64,000 bases of DNA from Octopus bimaculoides (GCF_001194135.2 NC_068983.1:152339496-152403495); one strand, 5' to 3'; shown: positions 13,123 through 24,713, counted from the first letter of the stretch. The notes: generated by a model not told the origin, from the letters alone. A program made the numbers and translations.

Positions 13123-13148
13123 TCGAAAAATACCTTGGGAATGAAGAC
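13020..13148 (+). mobile_element. 3'-truncated family E copy, head-to-head with the previous one
   Basis: ATGGCGTAGTGGCTAAGAGCG...GAGTTCGATTCC...(AAT)n ATCGAAAAATACCTTGGGAATG; shares the central CATG (13019-13022) with the minus copy. Confidence 0.85.
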
Positions 13149-13777
13149 TTTGCACCCACATGCGAAACTCAGAGTAGAAGAGACTGACTCGACCAAAATA
13201 GTGGCTGTGTGGTAATGAGTTTGATTCTCAACCACATGACTCCGGGTTCAGCTCCACCTTAGGGCAAGTGACTTCTAGTATAACCTCGGGCCAACCAATG
13301 TGTTGCGAGTGGATTTGGTTGACAGAAACTGAAAGAAGCTCGTCCTGTGTGTGTGTGTGTGTGTGATGTGTTTATATAGGCGCAAGCACGTGTATTATTT
13401 GCATCCCAACCTCGTGATATCAGGTTGAATCCCAATGCATTTTGGGCAAGCAGCTTCTGCTACAGGTCCGGGCCTGCCAAAGCTTTCCGAGTTGACATGA
13501 TAAAGGGAAAACTAAAAACAAGCTCATCCTAGATATAAACGCATACACACTCAAGCGCTTCTGCCTCTGTGCGTGCATGCATGCGTTACGTGTGTTTATT
13601 GACATCTTCGCTCGAAGGGTTTGCGTTTATTCCAAAATCATTCGATCTGTTTTGGTATTTCTGTTAATAACTTCTCCGTTCGAGTCGTGCGCTCGAAGAC
13701 GTGTGACAAACAAAAAACAAAAAAAAAACAACGAAGTGTTAGCGTCTGTAAAACAATGCTTCAGTATTATAGGCGTC

Positions 13778-14468
13778 GGATCTTTTTTAAAACGGGGGCC
13801 ACATTTTTCATTAACGAAATACTTTGAAACTTGGAACACTGGTAGAATGTGTCATNNNNNNNNNNNNNNNNNNNNNNNNNNNNNNNNNNNNNNNNNNNNN
13901 NNNNNNNNNNNNNNNNNNNNNNNNNNNNNNNNNNNNNNNNNNNNNNNNNNNNNNNNNNNNNNNNNNNNNNNNNNNNNNNNNNNNNNNNNNNNNNNNNNNN
14001 NNNNNNNNNNNNNNNNNNNNNNNNNNNNNNNNNNNNNNNNNNNNNNNNNNNNNNNNNNNNNNNNNNNNNNNNNNNNNNNNNNNNNNNNNNNNNNNNNNNN
14101 NNNNNNNNNNNNNNNNNNNNNNNNNNNNNNNNNNNNNNNNNNNNNNNNNNNTATGGTAAAACGGCAAATTTAAAAAGAAAAAAGCAAATAAAACGAAGAA
14201 AAAAAAAAGAAAATGAAAAAAGCAAATAAAACGAAGCTATGGCTTAATCAACCAAAGGAGTAAATGTAAACAACTGAATACTTGTCAGTGATTGGTTGAA
14301 ATTATCGAAATAAGACAATTTTTTACATGAAATAAATTCGAATACAAAAATATTTTTCTGTTCTATAACACAAAATAGATAAGTATACGAAGTTTGAAAG
14401 TCTTTCCGTACCAAAAACACTACGTAAAACATTAATGAAAAATGTGGCCCCCGTTTTAAAATAGATCC
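13778..14468. mobile_element. Merlin-type non-autonomous DNA transposon (MITE), internal gap
   Basis: ~37-bp TIRs GGATCT(T/A)TTTTAAAACGGGGGCCACATTTTTCATTAA; exact 8-bp TSD TAGGCGTC (13770-13777, 14469-14476). GG termini with an 8-bp TSD fit the Merlin/IS1016 superfamily. Confidence 0.8.
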
Positions 14469-14940
14469 TAGGCGTCTAATTCCTGTTAGGGATGAAAACG
14501 GACTTACATAAGAGCTGATATTACTCTGTTGCTCTTTGCACGTTGACTGCATGTCATGCACACGCAGAGATCCACAACAATTATCTCTCCCTACCGCTTT
14601 ATCTTTCTCCCGCTCTCTCATTCTTCTTCTCACACTACTTCATTTAGCAAGCTCCTAGATTTTCCCCATTATACCCCTCTTTCTTCCTTTCTTACGAACT
14701 ATGCAGTGGCAACACTCGTTAAAAGTTTCACTCTGTCAGGTTATATTTGGGAGAAAGTCAATACTTAATTTTCCTCTCTGCTGGCATCTGCTCTGTTTTA
14801 TCTCAGATCGAACAACTACCTTGTCATTAATACTCTGCATCCATCGTTAATGTTAATGATACCAGTCATGCCTCTATGCCCTGTGATTTTATTCATAAAA
14901 CTTGATTCGCTTTGTTCCGTCCGTAGCTTGGTTCCTTCAG

Positions 14941-15003
14941 ATGAGTGATTCCATGTTTCCCACTGCTGAAATTATAATGACGGAAAAAAATATGGCTGAC
15001 GAA
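14941..15003 (+). CDS. Candidate coding exon of an unidentified plus-strand gene (MSDSMFPTAEIIMTEKNMADE, or MADE from ATG 14992)
   Basis: Acceptor gttccttcag|, donor GAA|GTGAGT at 15004, 63 nt, only frame 0 open, four in-frame ATGs with the best Kozak context at 14992 (AATATGG). Confidence 0.4.
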
Positions 15004-15087
15004 GTGAGTATATTCGCGTTTGTTTATTTGTTCTTTCCGTTAACTGTTATAGAAGTCTTTTTCTTATTTTATACGCGCACGCACGCA

Positions 15088-15130
<43 letters not shown>

Positions 15131-15949
15131 GCAAACACATGTGCGCACGCGCCTGCACATACATGTGCTACACTACAGTCCACATTTACATTCCCCGAAC
15201 TTATTAACAAATTTGGTTTTAAAATTCACAATAGGCTGAACTGACAGGATTTGTATGAAATAAAACTCTGAAAACTATGTTCCAAGTACATTATATTTCA
15301 CAAAATCACTTATTCTTTCAGAAGATCACGCACTCTTTAAATCTAGTCTAAAATTAGTACAACATAAAAGTAACAACTATGAGCGTCTTGTAATACAAGT
15401 ATCAAAGTAATGCAATGCGATATACTAAGTAACTTAATCTAAAATCGCAACATCAATTATCACAAGTTGCAGGAAAATTACATTTTACAAGTCATGGCAT
15501 CTGAGATATTCAGAGAAGCTGGGCTGCTCACCACAAATTCTTTTGCTTTTTTGATGTCTCATTTGACCATGTTATCAGAGAAGGTCTGGGAAGGTGCACC
15601 ATCTGCTACAACATCCCAAACTTGCAATAGTTTGTGGTAACAGTACATGTTGGGTTACTTCCATTAATATAGAAAAAAAATTCTTATGTTCGAATTTAGC
15701 TTTTAATACAAATCAGAATATGAAAATAACAGCTTGCTCCAAAACACAATACTAGTATTAATGCAATCTGAAAGAAGCAACTTATTCTAAAATCAACAAC
15801 TAATCTGTACAGAAAATGTCATTGCCCTCGTCCACATTTCCATGTTTACATGGGTCAGATGGAATTTTGCCGAGGCAGCTTTTCTATGGCAAAATGCCCT
15901 TCCTGCTGGAAGACACAAAGTTGTTGGTACACTGCTATATATATATGTA

Positions 15950-16135
15950 TAAATAATACAAGATAGGACAAGGACGCAAAACATCCAAACAGTTAGGTGA
16001 TACACGAAAGGGACAAAACATACAGATAGACTATACAAAGAAAACAGGGACAGGTCATTCGGATTTTTCTCTCTTCAGTTGAGATCCTTGCAATTTCGGC
16101 TGCTTATTCTCTGGCCAGCCCCAAGGAAAAACTAA
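15950..16135 (-). mobile_element. PLE-type repeat fragment with a core-less hammerhead scaffold
   Basis: Minus strand CCTTG-G-GGCTG-GCCAGAGAATAAG-CAGCC-GAA-ATT-G-CAAGG (16086-16126): two perfect 5-bp helices and GAAATT, but no CUGANGA. Confidence 0.4.
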
Positions 16136-16394
16136 GCTATATACATATATATACATATATGTATGCATGTGTGTCTATATATTTGTGTGTGCGTGGTAGT
16201 CCCCCCCCCCCAACATCGCTTGACAACCGATACTGGTATCTTTACGTCCCCCGTACCTTAGTAGTTTGGCAAAAGAGTCTGATTGAACATGTACTAGGCT
16301 TACAAAGAATAAGTCCCGGGGTCGATTTGTTCGACTAAAGGCAGTGCTCCAGCAGGGCCACAGTCAAATGACTGAAACAAGTAAAAGAATAAAA

Positions 16395-16748
16395 GAATAT
16401 AGTAATAGTAAGAACTTTTGGAAGGAAATCTATAAATTCCTTAATGCATTGCTGCATACGTCCCCACAAATCTCATGTTTTTGTAGTTATATTCCCCATC
16501 CATAGGATATTATAAATATGATTTGCAAAATCCATAGTTTGTGTGAAAAATTATAGGATATAAATATACGTGTGTGTGTGTGTGTGAGTTTTCATATGGA
16601 TATATGAATCCATGGATTTTGCAAATCATATAATATTCTATGGATGGTGAATATAGCAATTAAAACATGAGGTATGTAGAAACGTAAGTTGCAATGCATT
16701 AAGGGATTTATGAATTTCTATTCAAAAGCTCTTGTTATTACTATATTC
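16395..16748. repeat. Long imperfect inverted repeat (foldback/MITE-like), ~140-bp arms
   Basis: Left arm 16395-16536 matches the reverse complement of 16610-16748 (e.g. ataaattccttaatgcattgc / gcaatgcattaagggatttat; atatgatttgcaaaatccat / atggattttgcaaatcatat), roughly 80% by eye. Confidence 0.85.
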
Positions 16749-17396
16749 ATCCTACACTATAGCAGAACCAGACTGAGAACATTGCCATAAGTTTATTTTG
16801 GAAGATGGGAACAATAAGCAGTAGATGGAGTAAATAGCACAGGGGCTTTTTAAAAATGTACTCAAAAACGTTTCACATAAACAAACTTAAAGAATATATA
16901 TATATATCATCATCATCCATAATTTTGAATCTGGGTTTTGTTTCCATTAATGGGGGGTGGCTGGATCTACCTCAATGCCATAGAAACCGCCCTCACACCA
17001 TCTTACCCTCCCAATCTCCTCCTCCACATTTTCCTCAGTTTACCTTGCTTTTGCCGTCCATTCACCTCAAACTGTAGCACCCTCTTCAGAACATGCTCTT
17101 CATCCCTCCTCAACACATGCCCATACCACTGCACTCCATTTGCCCTTGCCAGCTGTTCCACTGATTCCTTCAACCCCCAGCATCCTCATCAAGCCCTCAG
17201 TTCTCCTCTTATCAAACAGCCTCACACCACACATTCCTCTTACCATTGCTCTCTCAGTCTTTCTCAAAATTGCCATCTTTCTCTCTCCCTCAGACACCAT
17301 GCCTCACTCCCAAACAACATTGCAGCTCTCACACAACTCCTATAGACCTTACCTTTTGTCTTCAATGAGAACTTTTTCCCATATAATAATGCTCCA

Positions 17397-17500
17397 AATA
17401 AGTACCAGTTATGCGCTGGAGTCAATGTAATCGACTTAATTCCTTTGTGTGTCCATGTCTGTCCCTTCTGTGTTTAGCCCCCTGTGGGCAATAAAGAAAT
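17397..17500 (+). mobile_element. 5'-truncated family A SINE with a 16-bp TSD
   Basis: TSD atataataatgctcca at 17381-17396 and 17501-17516; body matches the SINE 3' half at 8950-9052. Confidence 0.9.
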
Positions 17501-17530
17501 ATATAATAATGCTCCACATATCCTGAACTT

Positions 17531-18172
17531 GGATCTTGTTCAAAACGGGGGCACCAGTATTTTCTTAACGAAACACTTTGAAACTTGGGACACTGGTAGA
17601 ATGTGTCATATAAAACATCTTTTTCTCTTAGTCTTCTTAAGAAAAATTATTATATTGCAACTTATTTCATGCTAAAGTTGTCGTATTTCTGTAATTTCAA
17701 CCAATGACTGACGTCCATTCAGCCGAAAACATTAAGTGCTGACTACGTGAACAAACGATGGCGTAAACGACTACGTAAACAAAAAATGGCTGAAGCATAT
17801 TGGCAGTAGGGTTAGGGTTAGGCAGTAGCTAATATACCTTTCATACAGTTCAGGCAGATGTTAACGAAATAAACACGCGTGAAAGAAAATGAAAAAAAAG
17901 CAAATGTTCAGTTGTTAATGAAATTATAAATGGAGATTAAATACGCTTTACACTGCTTAAGGAGTAAGTGTAAACAGCTGAATACTTGTCAGTGATTGGT
18001 TGAAATTATCGAAATAAGACAATTTTTTACATGAAATAAATTCGAATACAAAATTTTTTTTCTGTTCTATAACACAAAATACATAAGTATACGAAGTTTG
18101 AAAGTCTTTCGGTACCAAAAACACTACATAAAACATAAATGAAAACTGGTGCCCCCGTTTTGAACAAGATCC
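17531..18172. mobile_element. Complete 642-bp Merlin-type MITE
   Basis: Perfect 28-bp TIRs GGATCTTGTTCAAAACGGGGGCACCAGT; exact 8-bp TSD CTGAACTT (17523-17530, 18173-18180); last ~210 bp closely match the 13778-14468 copy; internal inverted repeat near 17660-17725 and 17975-18040. Confidence 0.9.
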
Positions 18173-18922
18173 CTGAACTTCACCCAGCCAAGTCTCACTC
18201 TTGCTGTCATAGCTGCTTAACATCCACCACTTACTCCCACCCTATCTCTCAAATAACAAAACCCTCTCACCATCTCTACCTCCTCACATAGCATTTCCAC
18301 TGACTTTGCTAGCCTTCCAGCTTCTTTCTCAGATCTTCCACAAACAAACTCTCTTGCCAGTCTTGGGGGTCATCTCCTTTATTTTCATACATCTACCTTG
18401 AATCCATTTCTCACATCTCGCACACAGCACTGCATTTGCCATATATATATATATATANNNNNNNNNNNNNNNNNNNNNNNNNNNNNNNNNNNNNNNNNNN
18501 NNNNNNNNNNNNNNNNNNNNNNNNNNNNNNNNNNNNNNNNNNNNNNNNNNNNNNNNNNNNNNNNNNNNNNNNNNNNNNNNNNNNNNNNNNNNNNNNNNNN
18601 NNNNNNNNNNNNNNNNNNNNNNNNNNNNNNNNNNNNNNNNNNNNNNNNNNNNNNNNNNNNNNNNNNNNNNNNNNNNNNNNNNNNNNNNNNNNNNNNNNNN
18701 NNNNNNNNNNNNNNNNNNNNNNNNNNNNNNNNNNNNNNNNNNNNNNNNNNNNNNNNNNNNNNNNNNNNNNNNNNNNNNNNNNNNNNNNNNNNNNNNNNNN
18801 NNNNNNNNNNNNNNNNNNNNNNNNNNNNNNNNNNNNNNNNNNNNNNNNNNNNNNNNNNNNNNNNNNNNNNNNNNNNNNNNNNNNNNNNNNNNNNNNNNNN
18901 NNNNNNNNNNNNNNNNNNNNNN

Positions 18923-18974
<52 letters not shown>

Positions 18975-19043
18975 GTATATATATATATATATGTATATAC
19001 ACACCCATACATGTGTACCATACAAATACACACACATGCATAT

Positions 19044-19086
<43 letters not shown>

Positions 19087-19791
19087 AAACAGTGTAACTG
19101 AAGAAATTCAAGTGTACTAAATTACTGTTGTTTCAATAATAATGATGATCATGATGATGATAAAAATAATAATAGTAATAATAACACAATCCTTATCAAT
19201 GTTATCATTATTATTATCATTATTGTTATTGTTATTATTATTATTATGATTATCATCATCATCATCATCATCCGTATTTATAAAAATACATATGTAAACA
19301 TATATCATTCATGTCACTGGTATTATTTATATCTGTGGGCTATTTGTGTGAAGAATTATATGATATAAATATACCTCTCTGTGCGTGCTTACGAGCGTGT
19401 GTGTGTGTGTGTATCTTATAAGAATAAGCGAATACATAAAGAGAGACACAAATACACACATATATATACATACGCACGCATACACAAGTATTGCGTGTCA
19501 GAGTTTTAACCAATCTTGTGAAATACCTGAAGCAAAAAAAATACTCTCCAAAACAAACTCCAATTAACAAGTTCTGACACCTCTGCTACTCCCACTGCTG
19601 CTCCCCTACTCATGCATCACCCAAATAACCATAATGTTGAGTTACTTCTTTTTCTTGGAACCAAAACCACCCAAGTGATTAAATAACATGTATCTACATG
19701 ATATGCATAATTCATACTCATGAAATATATATATATATATAAAGATAAACTTGGAAATGGATGTGCGGCTTTCAATCAAATAATATAAATA

Positions 19792-19832
<41 letters not shown>

Positions 19833-20453
19833 NNNNNNNNNNNNNNNNNNNNNNNNNNNNNNNNNNNNNNNNNNNNNNNNNNNNNNNNNNNNNNNNNNNN
19901 NNNNNNNNNNNNNNNNNNNNNNNNNNNNNNNNNNNNNNNNNNNNNNNNNNNNNNNNNNNNNNNNNNNNNNNNNNNNNNNNNNNNNNNNNNNNNNNNNNNN
20001 NNNNNNNNNNNNNNNNNNNNNNNNNNNNNNNNNNNNNNNNNNNNNNNNNNNNNNNNNNNNNNNNNNNNNNNNNNNNNNNNNNNNNNNNNNNNNNNNNNNN
20101 NNNNNNNNNNNNNNNNNNNNNNNNNNNNNNNNNNNNNNNNNNNNNNNNNNNNNNNNNNNNNNNNNNNNNNNNNNNNNNNNNNNNNNNNNNNNNNNNNNNN
20201 NNNNNNNNNNNNNNNNNNNNNNNNNNNNNNNNNNNNNNNNNNNNNNNNNNNNNNNNNNNNNNNNNNNNNNNNNNNNNNNNNNNNNNNNNNNNNNNNNNNN
20301 NNNNNNNNNNNNNNNNNNNNNNNNNNNNNNNNNNNNNNNNNNNNNNNNNNNNNNNNNNNNNNNNNNNNNNNNNNNNNNNNNNNNNNNNNNNNNNNNNNNN
20401 NNNNNNNNNNNNNNNNNNNNNNNNNNNNNNNNNNNNNNNNNNNNNNNNNNNNN

Positions 20454-20830
20454 GCACGAAGGCCAGTCAGGCGGTACTGGCAACGGCCACGCTCAAAATG
20501 GTGTATTTTATTTGCCACTCGCACAAGAGTCAGTCCAGGGGCACTGGCAACGATCTCGCTACACATACACATACATATGCATACACACACACACACACAC
20601 ACACTTACAAATGTATATGTGTGTGAGTGTGTATAGCTAAAACACGTTTCTACTTGCTCTCCTCCAATCATAAAGTTTCCCCTGCCCCCAGGGCTCATAG
20701 CCTTGCAAGCAGCATGACAACCTCACTAGTGATGGTGGCATGAAAAATGTACTGAGTATTAGCTGTAAAGTGGTGCCATTAGGAAGGGTCTTCAACCATG
20801 GAAACCGTGTCAGCATGGAACATGGATGTT
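20454..20830 (+). mobile_element. Family D SINE-like fragments
   Basis: gccagtcaggcggtactggcaac..gccac subrepeats and catggaacatggatgttgaatgatga 3' end, as in the other family D copies. Confidence 0.55.
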
Positions 20831-20906
20831 GAATGATGAAGATGATTATACACATTCTTGATAAATATAGATGTAATTATACATGTATAAATTTGTTTAG
20901 ATGTCT

Positions 20907-20949
<43 letters not shown>

Positions 20950-21429
20950 CTGTTGCAATTTTATCTGGTAACGTCATGTGTTTTGTAGTTACATAATTTG
21001 TTTTTAGTAATGATTTACCATTACCACTCCCATGTCTCTACTCCTCCTTCTTTTCATATCAGAAGCCAGAAAATACAAGTTTTGAGACCTTGAGAGAAAA
21101 GCTCCTAGTTCTAAATCTGAAAATAGTAAATGAATCCCATGATGGTAATTCCAGTTGTTCAATTAATAGAACAACCAATGTATTAAATTCTATAGTATGT
21201 GGCTGATAATACTACACATATATCTTTCTTTAAAGTATCCTCAGACAAGAATCTGTATAAGTTTCCAAATTACAGTTGTAGTCTATCTGATGAATTCCCA
21301 CAATTTCTGTAGAACTGGTTTCATTCAAAAAGCTTTCAACTCACCATCACCTGACGCTACATTAGAAGAAACTAGCCCAAAGTGCTATGCAAAACAATCA
21401 AACCTTTGACCATCTGATTGTGAAGCAAA

Positions 21430-22090
21430 CTTCTTAGCTATTTAACCAGGCAGCTTGTTAGAAAACCTCTATAAGAAATGAAAGCAGTAACTCTAGTGAG
21501 CCGTAGTTCATATAAGCTTGCAAGTGAGCTAGAACGAGCTTCTGCTATCTCTAGCGGACAGGTATCTCCTACTAAGAATGGACAAAAATAGCCCAAAACC
21601 AGTTGGTCTGGTGATCCTGTCAAGTTGCTCTCCTGCTTGTAAGATATAATGGGTGCAGATTGCATCAATAACTAACAAGATGAAGTGTCCTCTTGGGGTT
21701 AAAAAGTCTTAGTACATACACACCATCATCCCTATTGCGCAATTCTTTTTATTAATGTTGTTGCTACTGACACCACTTCTGTGCATGGTGTAAATGACCT
21801 TCACAAACCATACTTCTACCCATATTTTACTTAGCAGCCACAAGGGTACCACTAAGCATGATACCTCAATAATGTTCTTCTTCATGTCCTCAAATGCTGT
21901 GGATAATGGTTTCTTATTGGCTAAAACCATCTCTTGCTGTTGCATTTCTAAGAAGAGGACACCAGTGGTTCTGCATCTCTTCACAAACCAAGTTTCATAT
22001 TATCTAAACTAGGACTCTCTTCTGCAATGAACCAGCATCCATTTCACCAGAAGTGTTGTAGTCTTAATCACTTACACACCATGGAAACTG
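21430..22090 (-). mobile_element. Degraded RTE LINE reverse-transcriptase fragment
   Basis: Minus-strand EMQQQEMVLANKKPLSTAFEDMKK..VPLWLLSKIWVEVWFVKVIYTMHR resembles RTE RT (QEKYLAKNKPLYMAFVDLEK..WWSLRKLGVEEWLVRAVQ). Confidence 0.6.
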
Positions 22091-22114
22091 AGTAACCAGC
22101 CTTAATAATAATAA

Positions 22115-22800
22115 TTTATTTCTTTATTGCCCACAGTGGGGCTAAACATAGAGGGGCCACACAAAGATAGACAAAGGGATTAAGTCGATTACATCGACCC
22201 CAGTGCGTAACTGGTACTTGTTTAATCGACCCCGAAAGGATGAAAAGCAAAGTCGACCTCGGCGAAATTTGAACTCAGAACGTAGCGGCAGACGAAATAC
22301 CGCTAAGCATTTCGCCCGGGGGTGCTAACGTTTCTGCCAGCTCAATAATAATAAGAAGAAGAATAAGAATAACAACAACAGCAACAATCTTATCTACTCT
22401 AAGCACAAGGCCCGAAATTTTGGGGGAGGGGGCCAGTCGATTAGACCGACCCAGCACGCAACTGGTACTTAAATTATCGACCCTGAAAGGATGAATGGCA
22501 AAGTCGACCTCGGCGGAATTTGAACTCAGAACGTAAAGACAAACGAAATACCGCTAAGCATTTCGTTCAGCGTGCAAGCGTATCTTATTTCTTTACTGCC
22601 CACAAGGGGCTACACACAGAGGGGACAAACGGATTAAGTCGATTATATCGACCCAGTGCGTAACTGGTACTTATTTAATCGACCCCGAAAGGATGAAAGG
22701 CAAAGTCGACCTCGGCGGGATTTGAACTCAGAACGTAGCGGCAGACGAAATACCGCTGATCATTTCGCCCGGCGTGCTAACGTTTCTGCCAGCTCGCCGC
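22115..22800 (-). mobile_element. Three tandem family A SINEs in the presumed GPN2 intron
   Basis: Three repeats of tcgaccccgaaaggatgaaaggcaaagtcgacctcggcggaatttgaactcagaacgta in the same orientation. Confidence 0.9.
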
Positions 22801-24273
22801 CTTCAATAATGATAATAAAGCATCCTCCGTGTTTCATGATAATTATTGTTAATACTTTCCATATTGCAAGAGCCTAGAGGGCTCTTCTGGATGAATAGAG
22901 AAGGTGAACTGAAACAAAAAAATTACCAAACATTTGCAAACAAAGGCATTAATAAATTCGATGTAAAAAAACAACTCTTTTAGAATTGGAAGAAAAAAAA
23001 AAATCAAAAGTAAGGGAGGTAACTCTAAATATGTTTACAGCAGTTGATTCCCTTGAAAACTGCAAATAACAACAATGGAATAATTGGATTAATTAAAAAT
23101 CCTATCCAATTCACACAGAATAATGGTAATAGTGAAATGAATGAATATCTGACAATAAAGCAATTCTATGCTTGATGCTGTGGTTTAATGATTGTAATGT
23201 GCAGGAAGTTGCAGAAATATGTGTTGGTATAGTGATGACTATTATTTTCTAACTTGTAGTTTTTCTCCATTGTTGTACCTATATATTGTATTTGCTGGTC
23301 TACTCGTCTGTTTCTCACTGAAATCTCACGGCAATCTGTTTGACTGTATTGTATCTCTTTTTCCCACCCTCTGCATTTGTCAGCCCGTACTTCTCTCTAT
23401 AATGATTTAATACAATTTCCATTCCAAATCAGATTGGAGCCTGGTGTAGCCATCTGGTTCACCAATCCTCAGTCAAATCGTCCAACCCATGCTAGCATGG
23501 AAAGCGGACGTTAAACGATGATGACGATGATGATGAACTTGAAATATAGTAACTCATTTATTGCCGGAGAAATAAGAAGCTGACATGGTAAACCTCTCTT
23601 CCTTGCCCTTGAGACACTTTGTGGGTGGAACCAGCCAAAGGAGGAACTTACTAGTTTTATTTCACGTTAAAACTACTTAAGAAAGGTAACTCAGCTACTC
23701 ACTCCCAGAAAAAATTGATACTGTGAACCAATCTTTGAGGATCTTAATTATATATTCAAGTGAAACCTACCAAAGGAGTCTTTCACTACTTGTCTATGCA
23801 ATATAGTAGAGGAGGTAGAGGGTAGTGCTTGTAGCCTTGCTAAGCTCCTAACAAACACAAAGATGAGACAGAAATAACTGGGGACCATTAATACAGTTAC
23901 AATTTACTTTGAAATTTATAAGGCTTTTATGAGCTGACAGGAAGGGTTATATATTATATACAGGAAGATAGGAAGGGTTATATATGTATACATTTGGCAC
24001 AACACACTTTTGGAATGAGCGTCAGACAGCTGTGTGAATGAAGTAGGTTTAGGTGAGTGAAGAAATGTAATTTGAAATGTTGAATATTTGGATAATTAGT
24101 AAATAACTGGTGTCCTAAAAACGATGATAGCCACCACATCAATTCTCAAAAAGAAAAAGTAAGATGCCTATATAATGATTTAATCTATGAGTGAAATGGA
24201 TTCATTATGTGGTTGTCTAACTGGCTAAAAGTAAGAGTTAAAACACCCGAAAATCACACACTATTATCTTTAA

Positions 24274-24490
24274 CCCTATATCATTCTCATTACTCTGTCA
24301 CATGTAATGCTTATTTATTCACATTCTTTTGAATTAATCATGCATTATCTCATAGCTGTGAGGTATCAATGGTATGCTTGTGTTTAGAATGACACTGTAT
24401 GGTTGGTGTGAGGGACTGGATCTGGGCCAGTTTGAACATAAAACAAGTAGAATATTTGGGCCACATATGGCCTCTTTAAAAGCTAAAAGA
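24274..24490. mobile_element. piggyBac-type MITE (TTAA TSD)
   Basis: ttaa|ccctatatcatt ... aaagctaaaaga|ttaa; degenerate TIRs, 217 bp. Confidence 0.6.
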
Positions 24491-24713
24491 TTAAATGAGA
24501 AAAGGATGAGTTAGATAATGAAGTTCCACATAACGTGGAAGGAAATAGAAGGGTACAGCAGATATGACTTTGATAGTAGTTCTGCTCTGCCTAAGTTGAC
24601 CTGGAGGCTAAACAACTTAAGCAACATCAACAACAACAACCCATTTGATCCTGTAACCGAAAGGATAAAAAAAAAAATTGAAAAACGATCAATAGGCTCT
24701 GACAAGGACTTAC

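Larger units (their letters stand above)
16960..18440 (-). mobile_element. RTE-clade LINE 3' fragment split by a SINE and a Merlin MITE
   Basis: After removing both inserts the minus strand reads GWVKFRICGALLYGKKFSLKTKGKVYRSCVRAAMLFGSEAWCL..MAILRKTERAMVRGMCGV, typical of the RTE ORF C-terminus. Confidence 0.85.

Noticed and set aside
17808-17822. GGGTTAGGGTTAGG telomere-like repeat
   Set aside because: Only about two units, inside the Merlin MITE; not an interstitial telomere array.
21345-21384. Possible 40-nt minus-strand exon HFGLVSSNVASGD with a GTGAGT donor, and a 98-nt one at about 21019-21116
   Set aside because: Do not reproduce conserved GPN2 residues and do not chain into a coherent frame.
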